64,000 nucleotides of DNA from an uncultured delta proteobacterium (GTDB taxonomy: Bacteria > Desulfobacterota > RBG-13-43-22), in NCBI GenBank assembly GCA_963790475.1, contig CAWBOS010000010.1:320001-384000 (forward strand), read 5' to 3'. The notes beneath the pieces are model-generated. The model was not told the origin of the DNA, searched no databases, and was given only the letters and a program-made list of their open reading frames with translations. Both the position numbers and the translations under genes were made by a program. Positions 10,540 to 21,419 of this stretch are shown one piece after another (position 1 is the stretch's first letter; each line of letters begins with the position of its first letter).

Positions 10540-11115
10540 ATAAAAAGTTTAGTTAAGCGAGGAAACATCCTGCAAGCGGCCCTGGAACTCATTACCAAAC
10601 AGGGTTTTCATGGCGCCCCGATGGCCGATATCGCCAAAAAGGCAGGCGTGGCCGCCGGAACGATCTACCGCTTCTTCGAGAGCAAGGACGTCCTAATCAC
10701 CGAATTGCATCGGGAATTAACAGACAAAATAAAAGTGGTTCTCCAGGAAGGCTATCCTTCCGGAAAGCCTCTTCGGGAAAAATTCCTCTACCTATTCAGG
10801 GAACTTCTCCAGTATTTTATAACGAATCCCGTTCACTTCCGTTACTTAGAGCAGTACTTCAACTCTCCCTACGGCATCTCCTTACGCAGAGATAGGCTTA
10901 TTAGCGAGTCCAGTAACCAGGATATCATGATGGATATTTTTAACCAGGGGATCGAGCAGCAGATTCTCAAAGAGTTACCCAAGGCGGTGCTGGTTTCCCT
11001 GGCCTTCGGTCCCCTGACTTTTCTGGTACGTGAACAATCCCTCGGTTTTGTCAACTTTGACGAAACTCTGATTAAGCAGACCGCGGAAGCCTGTTGGGAC
11101 ACCATCAAAAGGTGA
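10540..11115 (+). CDS. TetR/AcrR family regulator
   Basis: KRGNILQAALELITKQGFHGAPMADIAKKAGVAAGTIYRFFESK HTH begins upstream of the called Met at 10621. An in-frame stop at 10534 bounds the start. Confidence 0.9.
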   Translation: MKSLVKRGNILQAALELITKQGFHGAPMADIAKKAGVAAGTIYRFFESKDVLITELHRELTDKIKVVLQEGYPSGKPLREKFLYLFRELLQYFITNPVHFRYLEQYFNSPYGISLRRDRLISESSNQDIMMDIFNQGIEQQILKELPKAVLVSLAFGPLTFLVREQSLGFVNFDETLIKQTAEACWDTIKR

Positions 11116-11282
11116 CCCCGGCTATTTTATGGAGGAAGACGGGTTTATTTCTAATATAAAGAATATTCTCTCATTCATTTGTGTTTCGAATTTATTCTTA
11201 AATTGTTTACTCATGAGCAAAACACCATCATCCAGCCGTGATCGATGATGGGTCGGTAAATTTTATATGACAGAGGTGTCGC

Positions 11283-12491
11283 ATGCATATTTATGACAGG
11301 GCTAAACTAGTTGCCGCCGGGGGGGTTCTCGCCGGACTTTTGATCCTGGGCGGTTGCGGGCAAAAAACCGTCACCGGCGGACCGCCGATAGGCCGAACTC
11401 CCGAAGTTGCCGTAGTGACGATGCAACCGCAGCGGTTGGTAATAACGACCGAATTGGCCGGGCGGACGTCCCCCAATCTGGTGGCTGAAGTGCGTCCCCA
11501 GGTAGGCGGTATCATTCAGAAACGCCTGTTTGTGGAAGGCTCTGATGTCAAGGCCGGCCAGGTGCTCTACCAAATCGATCCGGCTCCCTATCAGGCGGTG
11601 CTGGACAATGCCAAGGCCGCCCTGAGCCGGTCGGAGGCCAATCTGCCGGCGATCCGGTTGAAGACGGACCGCCTGCGGGAATTGCTGCCCGATAAAGCAG
11701 TCAGCCAGCAGGACTATGACGATGCGGCTGCGGCAATGAAACAGACGGAAGCTGACATCCAGTATTGGAAGGCCATGGTTGAGACGGCCCGTATCAATCT
11801 GAAATACACCTCCGTCAATGCCCCGATCTCCGGCCGGATCGGAAGATCCATTGTAACGGAGGGCGCCCTGGTAATGTCCAACCAACCCACAGCCCTGTCT
11901 ACCATTCAGCGACTGGATCCCATGTATGTGGATGTGCCCCAATCCACGACCGAACTGCTGCGATTCCGACGACACCTGGAGGAAGGCCGCCTCAGTCGCA
12001 ACGGGCAGATCCGGAACAAGGTACGTCTCCTCCTGGAAGACGGGACTAAATATCCCCTGGAAGGGGCGCTTCAATTCCGCGACGTCACGGTAGATCCGAC
12101 GACCGGATCGGTCATTCTGCGGATTGTCTTTCCTAATCCGAAGGACGTTCTGCTGCCGGGTATGTTCGTCCGGGCAGTCGTGGAAGAGGGTCTTAATCCG
12201 AAGGCCCTCCTGATTCCTCAACAGGGGGTTTCACGCAACCCCAAGGGAGATCCCCTGGCTTTGATCGTGGATGCCGAGGGAAAGGTCCAACAACGGACGC
12301 TGACACTCGATCGGGCCGTCGGCGATGCCTGGCTGGTTTCATCCGGTCTGGCGCCCGGTGATCGGGTGATCGTGGAGGGGAGTCAGAAGGTGAGACCCGG
12401 TGCACCCGTGAAGGCTGTTCCTTTTGAAACCGGTAACGAAAATAAAAACGGGGAACAAAAGTCTGCGGCACCGCCGGCAAAATCGAACTGA
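11283..12491 (+). CDS. acrA: RND efflux membrane fusion lipoprotein (AcrA/MexA-like)
   Basis: Lipobox LGGC, EVRPQVGGII, VNAPISGRIG, VDPTTG. Confidence 0.92.
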   Translation: MHIYDRAKLVAAGGVLAGLLILGGCGQKTVTGGPPIGRTPEVAVVTMQPQRLVITTELAGRTSPNLVAEVRPQVGGIIQKRLFVEGSDVKAGQVLYQIDPAPYQAVLDNAKAALSRSEANLPAIRLKTDRLRELLPDKAVSQQDYDDAAAAMKQTEADIQYWKAMVETARINLKYTSVNAPISGRIGRSIVTEGALVMSNQPTALSTIQRLDPMYVDVPQSTTELLRFRRHLEEGRLSRNGQIRNKVRLLLEDGTKYPLEGALQFRDVTVDPTTGSVILRIVFPNPKDVLLPGMFVRAVVEEGLNPKALLIPQQGVSRNPKGDPLALIVDAEGKVQQRTLTLDRAVGDAWLVSSGLAPGDRVIVEGSQKVRPGAPVKAVPFETGNENKNGEQKSAAPPAKSN

Positions 12492-12503
12492 GGGAGGGGC
12501 CTG

Positions 12504-15500
12504 ATGTTATCAAAATTTTTCCTGGATCGGCCAGTCTTTGCCTGGGTCATCGCCATCATCATCATGCTGGGGGGCGGTCTGGCCATTTATAATCTCCCTA
12601 TATCGCAGTATCCGCCCATTGCACCCCCGTCGATCTATATTGCCTCCAACTACCCCGGTGGTTCGGCAGAGACCGTGGAAAACAGCGTTACCCAGGTCAT
12701 CGAGCAGAAGATGACCGGTCTCGACAAAATGATCTATCTTTCCGCTACCAGCGATTCGGCCGGCAACTCCCGCATCGAGTTGACTTTTGCTCCGGGGACC
12801 GACCCGGATCTGGCCTGGGCCAAAGTACAGAACAAGCTCCAGCTGGCCATGGCCAGCCTGCCTCAAGTCGTCCAACTGAGGGGTATCACGGTCGGCAAGG
12901 CCACCAGAAATTACCTGATGATGATAGGCCTGATATCGGAAGACGGCAGCATGGACGGCATCGACCTGAGGGATTATGCCCAGTCCAATCTGGAGAAGGT
13001 CTTGTCCCGGGTGCCGGGGGTTGGCGAGGTGGAAATGTTCGGGTCCCAGTATGCCATGCGTATCTGGCTGAACCCCGACAGGCTGGTTGATTACCAGTTG
13101 ACAATGGATGATGTTATTGGTGCCCTCAAGTCTTATAATGTCGAAATCTCCGCCGGCCAGTTCGGCGGGGCTCCGGCGGTAAAAGGTCAACGGCTGAATA
13201 CTTCGATTGTCGTCCAGAGCCTGCTCAAAACCCCGGCTGAGTTTGCCTCCATTCCCCTCCGGGTCAATCCGGACGGCTCCATTGTGCGCATCAAGGACGT
13301 GGGACGAACGGAACTGGGAACGGACGCTTATAATGTCGACGTCCTTTTCAATGGAAAGCCCGCCGCCGGTATGGCCATCCGGCAGATGGCCGGCGCCAAT
13401 GCCCTGGATACGGCCGATGCGGTTAAAGCCAGACTGAAAGATATGAGCCGCTACTTCCCTCCGGGAATGAAGGCCGTCTATCCCTTCGACACCACCCCTT
13501 TTATCAGGGTAGCCATTTATGAGGTGGTCAAGACCTTATTGGAAGCCATTCTGCTGGTTTTCCTGGTCATGTGGCTTTTTATGGGGAACATCCGAGCCAC
13601 CCTGATCCCGACTATCGCCGTGCCGGTGGTCCTTCTGGGGACCTTCGCGGTGATGGGCTTATTCGGGTTCTCCATCAATATGCTGACCATGTTCGCCATG
13701 GTGCTGTCCATAGGTCTTCTGGTGGACGATGCCATCGTGGTGGTGGAAAATGTGGAGCGGATCATGAGCGAGGAAGGGCTCCCTCCCAAGGCGGCCACCC
13801 GGAAATCGATGTTGCAGATTACCAGCGCCCTGATCGGCATCGGCCTGGTGCTCTCGGCCGTCTTCGGCCCCATGGCCTTCTTCGGCGGCTCTACGGGCGT
13901 CATCTATCGCCAGTTTTCCGTAACCCTTATGGCCGCCATGCTCCTGTCCGTGGTGGTGGCCTTGATCCTGACACCGGTCCTGTGCGCCTCCCTTCTCAAA
14001 CCGGTAAAGGCCGGACATGAACCGGCGGAGAATGCCATTTCCTTCCTCCGCCCTTTCTTTTCCTGGTTTGACCGCTTCTTTTTCCGGACCAGGGACCGGT
14101 TTGTTAGAACGGTCGAGCGCTCCCAGTCGAGGAAGCTGCGCTATATTATCGTTTATGTCGTGATCGTGGCGGCGGTGGGGGTCCTCTTTTTTCGGATGCC
14201 AACCGGTTATCTTCCTGATGAAGACCAGGGGTCCATGATGTCCCAGGTCATCCTGCCGACAGGCTCAACACTTGAGCAGACCAATGTAGTCTTAGAAAAG
14301 ATGCGGAGTTATTTCATGGAAAGCGAAAAGGAGGCCGTCAAATCCTGTATGACGATTTCCGGCTCCGGCTTTTCCGGAACGGCCCAGAATAATGGCATGA
14401 TATTTGTCATGCTCAAAGACTGGGAACTCCGCAACCGGGCCGATCTCAGGGTCAAGGCCGTGGCCGAACGGGCCACGAAGGCCTTTTCTCGCTTTCGCAA
14501 CAGTATGGCCTTCGCCTTTCCGCCGCCTCCGGTAGTCGAGCTGGGTACCGCCACGGGGTTTGACTTCCAGTTGCTGGACCGGGGAGGACTCGGGCATGGC
14601 AAGCTGATGGCCGCCCGCAACCAGCTTCTCGGCCTGGCTTCAAGGGATCCGCGTCTCACCAAGGTCAGACCCAATGGCCTGGAAGATGTGCCCGAATACC
14701 GGGTTGATGTGGATTGGGACAAGGCCGGCGCCCTGGGGGTCCCCATAGACTCGATCCATGACACCATCGTCGCGGCCTTCGGGAGCGCCTACGTGAATGA
14801 CTTTATTCAGGGGGGCCGGATCAAGCGTGTTTTTGTTCAGGCGGACGCACCCTACCGGATGTTGCCCAAGGATATTGATAATCTTTACGTACGAAATAAT
14901 ACGGGGAAGATGGTGCCTTTTTCATCCTTTGCTTCAGGCCACTGGACATCGGGTTCCCCCCGGCTGGAGCGTTTTAACGGCTTTCCCTCCATGAACATTC
15001 AAGGCGAGGCGCCGGCGCGGAGAAGTACCGGTGAAGCCATGCAGGCCATGGAAGAGATCGTGACCAAGCTGCCCAAGGGCATCGGTTTTGAATGGACCGG
15101 CCTGTCCTATCAGGAGAAAATGTCCAGTTCTCAGGGGCCCCTGCTCTATGCCTTTTCCATCATCGTCATTTTCCTCTGCCTGGCCGCGCTTTATGAAAGC
15201 TGGACGATCCCGATCTCGATCATGCTGGTTTTGCCCCTGGGGGTTATCGGGGCGGCATTGGCCACCTGGTCCCGGGGGATGTACAATGGCGTCTACTTCC
15301 AGATCGGATTTCTCACCACCCTCGGTCTGACGACCAAGAACGCCATTCTGGTCGTTCAGTTTGCCAAGGAACAGATGGCCCGGGGGGCCGGGCTGATCGA
15401 GGCCACAGTGGAGGCGGCGAAATTACGGTTTCGTCCCATCATCATGACCTCTTTGGCCTTTTTCTTTGGGGTCTTGCCTTTGGCCATTGCCACAGGCGCG

Positions 15501-15710
15501 GGCGCCGGGGCCATGAAGGCCATAGGTACCGCGGTGGCCGGCGGGATGCTTACGGCGACAGTCATTGCCATTTTCTTCATTCCGCTCTTCTTTGTCCTCA
15601 TCTCCCGCATATTCAAGAGAAAACAACCCTCCCGGGAACTTGACAACGGCCTCAATTCCACCCCTTCACCGGAGGACCAACCCGATACCATGAATTCTCC
15701 AGAGGAATAA
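12504..15710 (+). CDS. acrB: HAE1 family RND permease (AcrB/MexB-like)
   Basis: FFLDRPVFAWVI, IGLLVDDAIVVVENVER, KNAILVV, RFRPIIMTS. Confidence 0.95.
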   Translation: MLSKFFLDRPVFAWVIAIIIMLGGGLAIYNLPISQYPPIAPPSIYIASNYPGGSAETVENSVTQVIEQKMTGLDKMIYLSATSDSAGNSRIELTFAPGTDPDLAWAKVQNKLQLAMASLPQVVQLRGITVGKATRNYLMMIGLISEDGSMDGIDLRDYAQSNLEKVLSRVPGVGEVEMFGSQYAMRIWLNPDRLVDYQLTMDDVIGALKSYNVEISAGQFGGAPAVKGQRLNTSIVVQSLLKTPAEFASIPLRVNPDGSIVRIKDVGRTELGTDAYNVDVLFNGKPAAGMAIRQMAGANALDTADAVKARLKDMSRYFPPGMKAVYPFDTTPFIRVAIYEVVKTLLEAILLVFLVMWLFMGNIRATLIPTIAVPVVLLGTFAVMGLFGFSINMLTMFAMVLSIGLLVDDAIVVVENVERIMSEEGLPPKAATRKSMLQITSALIGIGLVLSAVFGPMAFFGGSTGVIYRQFSVTLMAAMLLSVVVALILTPVLCASLLKPVKAGHEPAENAISFLRPFFSWFDRFFFRTRDRFVRTVERSQSRKLRYIIVYVVIVAAVGVLFFRMPTGYLPDEDQGSMMSQVILPTGSTLEQTNVVLEKMRSYFMESEKEAVKSCMTISGSGFSGTAQNNGMIFVMLKDWELRNRADLRVKAVAERATKAFSRFRNSMAFAFPPPPVVELGTATGFDFQLLDRGGLGHGKLMAARNQLLGLASRDPRLTKVRPNGLEDVPEYRVDVDWDKAGALGVPIDSIHDTIVAAFGSAYVNDFIQGGRIKRVFVQADAPYRMLPKDIDNLYVRNNTGKMVPFSSFASGHWTSGSPRLERFNGFPSMNIQGEAPARRSTGEAMQAMEEIVTKLPKGIGFEWTGLSYQEKMSSSQGPLLYAFSIIVIFLCLAALYESWTIPISIMLVLPLGVIGAALATWSRGMYNGVYFQIGFLTTLGLTTKNAILVVQFAKEQMARGAGLIEATVEAAKLRFRPIIMTSLAFFFGVLPLAIATGAGAGAMKAIGTAVAGGMLTATVIAIFFIPLFFVLISRIFKRKQPSRELDNGLNSTPSPEDQPDTMNSPEE

Positions 15711-15714
15711 TGTT

Positions 15715-17136
15715 ATGACAGGAAAGAAAATATTCATTACCCTGGCCGCCCTTTCTCTGGCGGCCTGTACCATGACCCCGAAATATACCCGGCCAACGGC
15801 GCCTGTTCCCAAAAACTGGCCGACCGGTGCGGCCTACCAGGAAACACAGCCGGGCGAGTCGGCGCCAAAAGTATCGGAGTTGCCCTGGCGGGAATTCTTC
15901 ACCGACGAACGACTGCAAAAAATTATCGAGACGGCCTTGAACAACAACGGCGATCTGCGGCTGGCGGCTTTGAATGTCGAGAGAGCAGCGGCCCTTTACG
16001 GCATTCAGCGGGCCGAACTTCTTCCGTCGGTCTATGGGACCATCAGCGGGAGTAGAACCCATGAGCCCATCTCTATTTTCGGGAGTCTTGCCGGAAATCT
16101 CGGGGGATCGATCACGATTGAACAATACGATGTCAATCTGGGTATTCTCTCCTGGGAGATTGATTTCTTCGGCCGTATCCGCAGCCTGAAGGATCAGGCG
16201 CTGGAGGAGTACCTGGCCACGGATCAGATCCGCCGAGGCGCACAGACCATGCTGGTGTCGGCGGTGGCGGTCGCCTATCTTAGCCGGGCCGCGGACCAGG
16301 AAAACCTCAAGCTGGTGACCTCCACCCTGGAGACGCAAGAAACCTACTACCAGTTGATCCAAAAACGTTATAAGGTCGGTCTCGTCTCCGAGTTGGACCT
16401 GCGAAGAGCCCAAAGCCAGGTGGAGACGGCCAGGGGTGATGTGGCCCGCTATAGGCAAATGGTGGCGCTGGATGAAAATGCCTTGAACCTTCTGGTCGGG
16501 TCTCCGGTGCCGGTCAATCTCTTGCCAGCCGATCTGGACAGCGTCGGCCCACCCAAAGAGATTTCGCCCGGGGTTTCCTCCGAGGTGCTCCTGAGCCGGC
16601 CTGACATTCTGGCGGCAGAGCATCAACTCAAGGCGGCCTACGCCAACATCGGCGCAGCTCGGGCGGCGCTATTTCCCCGCATTTCCCTGACCGCCGTTGC
16701 CGGGACCGCCAGCAGCGATCTCTCCGGCCTGTTCAAGAGCGGCTCCGATGCCTGGACCTATTCAGGGCAGATTTTGGCGCCGATTTTTGACGCCCGTATC
16801 TGGCCGGCGTTGCGAGTAACCAAAGTGCAAAAAGAAATCGCCGTGACCCAATATCTGAAGACTATACAGACCGCCTTCAGGGAAGTGGCTGATGCCCTGG
16901 CTGTTCGGGGCACGGTAAACCAACAGATCACTGCCCAGCAATCCCTGGTCGACGCTGTTACCGAAACCTACCGCCTCTCCCAGGCGCGCTATACCAAGGG
17001 CATCGACAGCTACCTGGGCGTCCTCGATGCCCAACGTTCCCTCTATGGGGCGCAACAGGGACTGATTGGGCTCCGCCTGGCCCGTCTGGTCAATCGGGTG
17101 ACGCTCTATAAGGTTCTGGACTCGGGGAGTAATTGA
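15715..17136 (+). CDS. oprM: Outer membrane efflux lipoprotein (OprM/NodT-like)
   Basis: Lipobox LAAC, SWEIDFFGR, RPDILAAEHQL, AFREVADAL. Confidence 0.9.
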   Translation: MTGKKIFITLAALSLAACTMTPKYTRPTAPVPKNWPTGAAYQETQPGESAPKVSELPWREFFTDERLQKIIETALNNNGDLRLAALNVERAAALYGIQRAELLPSVYGTISGSRTHEPISIFGSLAGNLGGSITIEQYDVNLGILSWEIDFFGRIRSLKDQALEEYLATDQIRRGAQTMLVSAVAVAYLSRAADQENLKLVTSTLETQETYYQLIQKRYKVGLVSELDLRRAQSQVETARGDVARYRQMVALDENALNLLVGSPVPVNLLPADLDSVGPPKEISPGVSSEVLLSRPDILAAEHQLKAAYANIGAARAALFPRISLTAVAGTASSDLSGLFKSGSDAWTYSGQILAPIFDARIWPALRVTKVQKEIAVTQYLKTIQTAFREVADALAVRGTVNQQITAQQSLVDAVTETYRLSQARYTKGIDSYLGVLDAQRSLYGAQQGLIGLRLARLVNRVTLYKVLDSGSN

Positions 17137-17301
17137 GAGAAACCGGTTACGGCCTTGGATGTGATTAATAAATGCTCAAACTGATGTCGAGGTTATTTAT
17201 CAATACTGGGTAAAGAATATTTCCGATGTTGAACGAGGACATTTTCCCATTGTCTCCCACCTATGTCGGGCAAGGAAGACGAATTTAAGCCCGGATGTTT
17301 A

Positions 17302-17334
17302 AAAGGGCAGGGATGGATTTTGGCCATCCCTGCC
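17302..17334 (-). terminator. Rho-independent terminator of hbd
   Basis: 11-bp stem GGCAGGGATGG/CCATCCCTGCC, followed by a short U-tract on the minus strand. Confidence 0.6.
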
Positions 17335-17356
17335 AAGGGAATTATTTTATTCTTCC

Positions 17357-18229
17357 TTATTTCTTGGTGTAGTCGTACCACCCTTTTCCGGTTTTCTGCC
17401 CAAAATTTCCCTTGACGTATTTTTCGGTTACGCTCGGGAAGGGAAGGTCGGCCGGATTTCCGCTTTTCTTGAAGCGCTCGGTAGCCATGATATAAGCGAG
17501 GTCGATGCCGGTCAGATCCATAAGCCGGAAGGGCCCCATGGGATGGCCGGCCCCATAGACGCAGGCCTTGTCAATATCTTCCGCCGTGGCAATGCCCATC
17601 TCCAGCATCCACAAGGCCTCATGACTGATTACACCGAAAATTCGGTTCAATAAAAACCCATCGACTTCCTTTTTAATCAAGACAGGGACTTTTTCCAATT
17701 TTGTAGAAAGGTCCATGGTAATCTGGGCGGTGTCATCGGAGACATGAGGCCCTTTGACGACCTCGACCAGTTTCATCACCAGGGCCGGATTGAAAAAATG
17801 CATATTCACGACTTTATCGGGCCTTTTGGTGGCATCGGCAATTCGGGAACTGACGATGGCTGAACTGTTCGTGGCCAAGATGGCCTTAGGTGGCGTAAAA
17901 CGATCGAGATCGGCAAAGACCTTCCTTTTGATATCAAGCACTTCTATAGCGGCTTCGATGACATAATCGGCGTCTTTAGCCGCCGCTTCCAGACTGGGGG
18001 TAAAGGAAATATTTTTCCGGGCGGCCTCAGCCTGCTCTTTGGTCAATCTCCCTTTCTCTACTCGTCCGGGCAGATAGGTATTTACAAAGCTTTCCGCCTT
18101 TTTCAATGCTTCGGGCACCACATCGGTACAGGTGGTCTTGTACCCATAAATGGCGCAAAGAAGGGAAATCTGATGGCCCATATTGCCGGCCCCTACAACA
18201 CATACATTTTTAATGTCGTTAACGTTCAT
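17357..18229 (-). CDS. hbd: 3-hydroxyacyl-CoA (3-hydroxybutyryl-CoA) dehydrogenase
   Basis: VVGAGNMG, EAAIE, TNSS, MHFFNP, GFLLNR, HPMGP. Confidence 0.9.
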   Translation of the reverse strand: MNVNDIKNVCVVGAGNMGHQISLLCAIYGYKTTCTDVVPEALKKAESFVNTYLPGRVEKGRLTKEQAEAARKNISFTPSLEAAAKDADYVIEAAIEVLDIKRKVFADLDRFTPPKAILATNSSAIVSSRIADATKRPDKVVNMHFFNPALVMKLVEVVKGPHVSDDTAQITMDLSTKLEKVPVLIKKEVDGFLLNRIFGVISHEALWMLEMGIATAEDIDKACVYGAGHPMGPFRLMDLTGIDLAYIMATERFKKSGNPADLPFPSVTEKYVKGNFGQKTGKGWYDYTKK

Positions 18230-18564
18230 AATTTTTCTCCTTTTCTAAGATGGTAGAATGTAGATAGTGAATGGGTCAGTTTCATTATAATAGTATAGTC
18301 TTTTTAAATTATCTTTACAATTTCTTTTAATGCAGTCAATCCCAGGAAACCCGCAATCCAGATAAAAAATATCGGATCAAGATCAATTCCGGAAGGATTT
18401 GATTGTAAAGGCACCGTTGATACAATACAATAGCAAACGTTTAAAAACGGTCAACCCCTTGGGAGAGCTATCCAGTAATAAAATTTTGCATCATTGGAAG
18501 AGGCCGGTTTTAACTCGGCCTTCAAAAAAAATTTAACCCTTAAGATTATTTTGGAGCCATTGTC

Positions 18565-20436
18565 TTGGAAACTTATTATACCGATCTGCTTTGCATTGGG
18601 GCGGGGTTGGCCGGTGAACGGGTCGCGGTGGAGGCGGCCTCTCAAGGCTTTAAGAGCCTTTGCCTGAGTCTCGTGCCCCCCCGGCAATCCCACTCATCGG
18701 CCGCCCAGGGCGGCATGCAGGCCGCCCTGGGGAATTGCGCCATGGGCGCAGGCGATTGTCCGGATATTCATTTTGCAGATACCGTCAAGGGATCGGACTG
18801 GGGATGCGATCAGGAAGTGGCCCGTCTCTATACCGAGCAGGCGCCGATTGCCGTCCGTGAAATGGCCTTTTGGGGGGTGCCCTGGAACAGGGTCGTGGCA
18901 GGAAAAAGCACCTATTATAAAGGCGGAAAGGAATATGAAAAGATTGAGCCTAAAGAAAATGAGGGATTGATAACGGGTCGGGAATTCGGTGGCATATCCA
19001 AATGGCGGGGTTGTTATACCTCCGACGGGACCGGTCACACCCTTCTTTATACCATGGATAACGTTTGCGTACAAATGGGCGTACCGGTTCACGACCGGGT
19101 TGAAGCCATCGCCCTGATTCATGATGGGGTGAATTGTTTGGGCGTAGTGGCCCGCTGTTTAAAAACAGGCAGACTCCGCGTCTACTTAGCCAAAGCCACG
19201 GTGATCGCCACCGGAGGGTACGGCCGCCTTTACCGGGAGACGACCAATGCCGTCATCAATGAGGGCAACGGGGCCATCATTGCCCTGAATACCGGTATCG
19301 TTCCCCTGGGAAATATGGAGGCCGTCCAATTTCATCCCACCGGTATTGTGCCGCCCAACATATTGGTTACTGAAAGTTGTCGCGGGGATGGGGGGACTTT
19401 AAAGGATGTCAATGAAGATCGGTTTATGCCCGCCTATGAGCCGGTCAAACAGGAACTGGCCTCCAGGGATGTGGTTTCCCGCTGGATGACGCATCATATC
19501 CGTCAAGGCCTGGGGGTGAAGAGCCCTTACGGAGATTATTTGTGGCTGGACATCCGTCATTTGGGCCGGGCCCATATCAATTCCCATCTCCGGGAGGTGG
19601 AGGAAATCTGCAAAAAATTTTTAGGTATCGATCCGGCCGAAAAAATGATACCGGTGCGGCCGGCCCAACATTATAGTATGGGCGGCATCCGGGTGAATAA
19701 GTTCGGAGAGGCCTATGGACTGAGCGGTCTTTTCGTGGCCGGAGAAGCGGCCTGCTGGGATCTGCATGGCTTTAACCGCCTGGCCGGAAATTCCCTGGGT
19801 GAGACGATAGTTACCGGAAGGATTGTAGGTAAGAAAGTGGTTGAGTTTCTTTCAGGCCGGGAGGTCCATTTCAACACCCAGGTGGTCAAGGCCGCCTATC
19901 AAAAAGAGGAAGAGACCATTGAAAAGATTATTCGTGGCGGAAAGGGCCGGGAAAAAGTTTTTGAATTGAGAAAGATCCTGCAGGATGAGCTCATGGATCG
20001 GGTGTCCATCTTCCGGAACGGGAAGGACCTCCAAAGGGCGGTGGACAAATTACAGGAACTTTTGGATCGGTCCGACCGCATCGGACTCCATTCGGCCGGC
20101 TGGGGGGTCAATCCGGAATTGACTTTGGCCATCCGATTTAAAGGGATGGTCCGTTTGGCCCTCTGTGTGGCCTATGGGGCCTTGATGCGCGCGGAAAGCC
20201 GGGGTTGTCATGCCCGGGAAGATTATCCCGAAAGAAATGACCGGGATTGGCTGAAACGAACGCTGGCCACCTGGCAGGAGGGTCAAAGCCTTCCCCTTTT
20301 GACTTATGAACCCAACTCAAAGGTCTGGGAGCTGCCTCCGGGTGATCGGGGCTACGGCTCCACAAAAATCATTTGCTCCGAGGATGCCTCGGTCTGCGGA
20401 ACAGTGGAACAGACCCAATTGGATTATGAGGAATAA
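18565..20436 (+). CDS. frdA: Fumarate reductase/succinate dehydrogenase flavoprotein
   Basis: GAGLAG, SHSSAAQGG covalent-FAD His, QFHPT, ELASRD, HYSMGG, HGFNRL, RAESRGCH. Confidence 0.93.
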   Translation: METYYTDLLCIGAGLAGERVAVEAASQGFKSLCLSLVPPRQSHSSAAQGGMQAALGNCAMGAGDCPDIHFADTVKGSDWGCDQEVARLYTEQAPIAVREMAFWGVPWNRVVAGKSTYYKGGKEYEKIEPKENEGLITGREFGGISKWRGCYTSDGTGHTLLYTMDNVCVQMGVPVHDRVEAIALIHDGVNCLGVVARCLKTGRLRVYLAKATVIATGGYGRLYRETTNAVINEGNGAIIALNTGIVPLGNMEAVQFHPTGIVPPNILVTESCRGDGGTLKDVNEDRFMPAYEPVKQELASRDVVSRWMTHHIRQGLGVKSPYGDYLWLDIRHLGRAHINSHLREVEEICKKFLGIDPAEKMIPVRPAQHYSMGGIRVNKFGEAYGLSGLFVAGEAACWDLHGFNRLAGNSLGETIVTGRIVGKKVVEFLSGREVHFNTQVVKAAYQKEEETIEKIIRGGKGREKVFELRKILQDELMDRVSIFRNGKDLQRAVDKLQELLDRSDRIGLHSAGWGVNPELTLAIRFKGMVRLALCVAYGALMRAESRGCHAREDYPERNDRDWLKRTLATWQEGQSLPLLTYEPNSKVWELPPGDRGYGSTKIICSEDASVCGTVEQTQLDYEE

Positions 20437-20439
20437 AGA

Positions 20440-21180
20440 ATGGGAAGAGAATTAACCTTTCATATCTTTCGTTATAATCCGAAAAATTCCCAGTCCCGGC
20501 CCCATCTCCAGACTTTCCCGCTCGAAGAAACGGAAGGGATGACCCTGTTTATCGTACTAAACCGGATTCAAGAAGAGCAGGATCCCACCCTGCAGTTTGA
20601 TTTCTGCTGCCGGGCCGGAATGTGCGGGTCCTGTGCTATATTAATCAACGGCCGGCCGGATCTGGCCTGCCATACCAAGACCATGGACCTTCCGCCGGAG
20701 ATTACCCTGTTGCCCCTGCCGGTCTTTGATTTGGTGGGGGACCTGTCCGTGGACAAAGGCCAATGGTTTCGAAAGATGAATGAAAGGGTGGAATCCTGGG
20801 TCCATACCGATAAAACTTTCGATCCTGGGGCCCTGGAAGAACGCATGGATAACCGGACCGCCGTTGAAATCTATGAGTTGGAAAGGTGCATTGAGTGCGG
20901 GTGCTGCATTGCTGCCTGTGGAACGGCCAATATGCGTCCTGATTTTTTGGGAGCGGCAGCCCTTAACCGGATCGCCCGTTTTATGGTCGATCCCCGGGAT
21001 CAAAGGAAGGACCAGGATTATTTCGAGGTGGTGGGTTGCGATGAGGGGATCTTCGGCTGCATGGGTCTACTGGGTTGTGAAGATGTTTGCCCCAAGAGCC
21101 TGCCTCTTCAGGATCAATTAGGCACGATGCGCCGGAAGATGGGCTGGAGCGCGGTAAAAAGGTTGTTTGTGGCTAGATAG
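20440..21180 (+). CDS. frdB: Fumarate reductase iron-sulfur subunit
   Basis: CRAGMCGSC...C (2Fe-2S), CIECGCC..AC, CMGLLGCEDVCP. Confidence 0.93.
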   Translation: MGRELTFHIFRYNPKNSQSRPHLQTFPLEETEGMTLFIVLNRIQEEQDPTLQFDFCCRAGMCGSCAILINGRPDLACHTKTMDLPPEITLLPLPVFDLVGDLSVDKGQWFRKMNERVESWVHTDKTFDPGALEERMDNRTAVEIYELERCIECGCCIAACGTANMRPDFLGAAALNRIARFMVDPRDQRKDQDYFEVVGCDEGIFGCMGLLGCEDVCPKSLPLQDQLGTMRRKMGWSAVKRLFVAR

Positions 21181-21419
21181 CGTTTATCCTATGAATTTAG
21201 GTCTTTGAAAAAATAGTCCAATCCATAATTTTTTTTTGCCAGGGACAAGCCAGACAAAAACAGAGGAAGAATAGGCACTGATTGACAAACCGACAATCAA
21301 TGCCCCTCGTTTTTCCCCTGCGAAAGTCCGCAGGGAGATGGATTTTAAGAAAACCTATAAAGAGCAATTACCGTATCGGAATCACCGATAGAATAATGAT
21401 TAAAAAACCGGAGGGGCGG

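Noticed and set aside
11307-16626. Long antisense ORFs (e.g. 11307-12221, 15652-16626)
   Set aside because: They are shadows of well-supported RND genes and carry no motifs.
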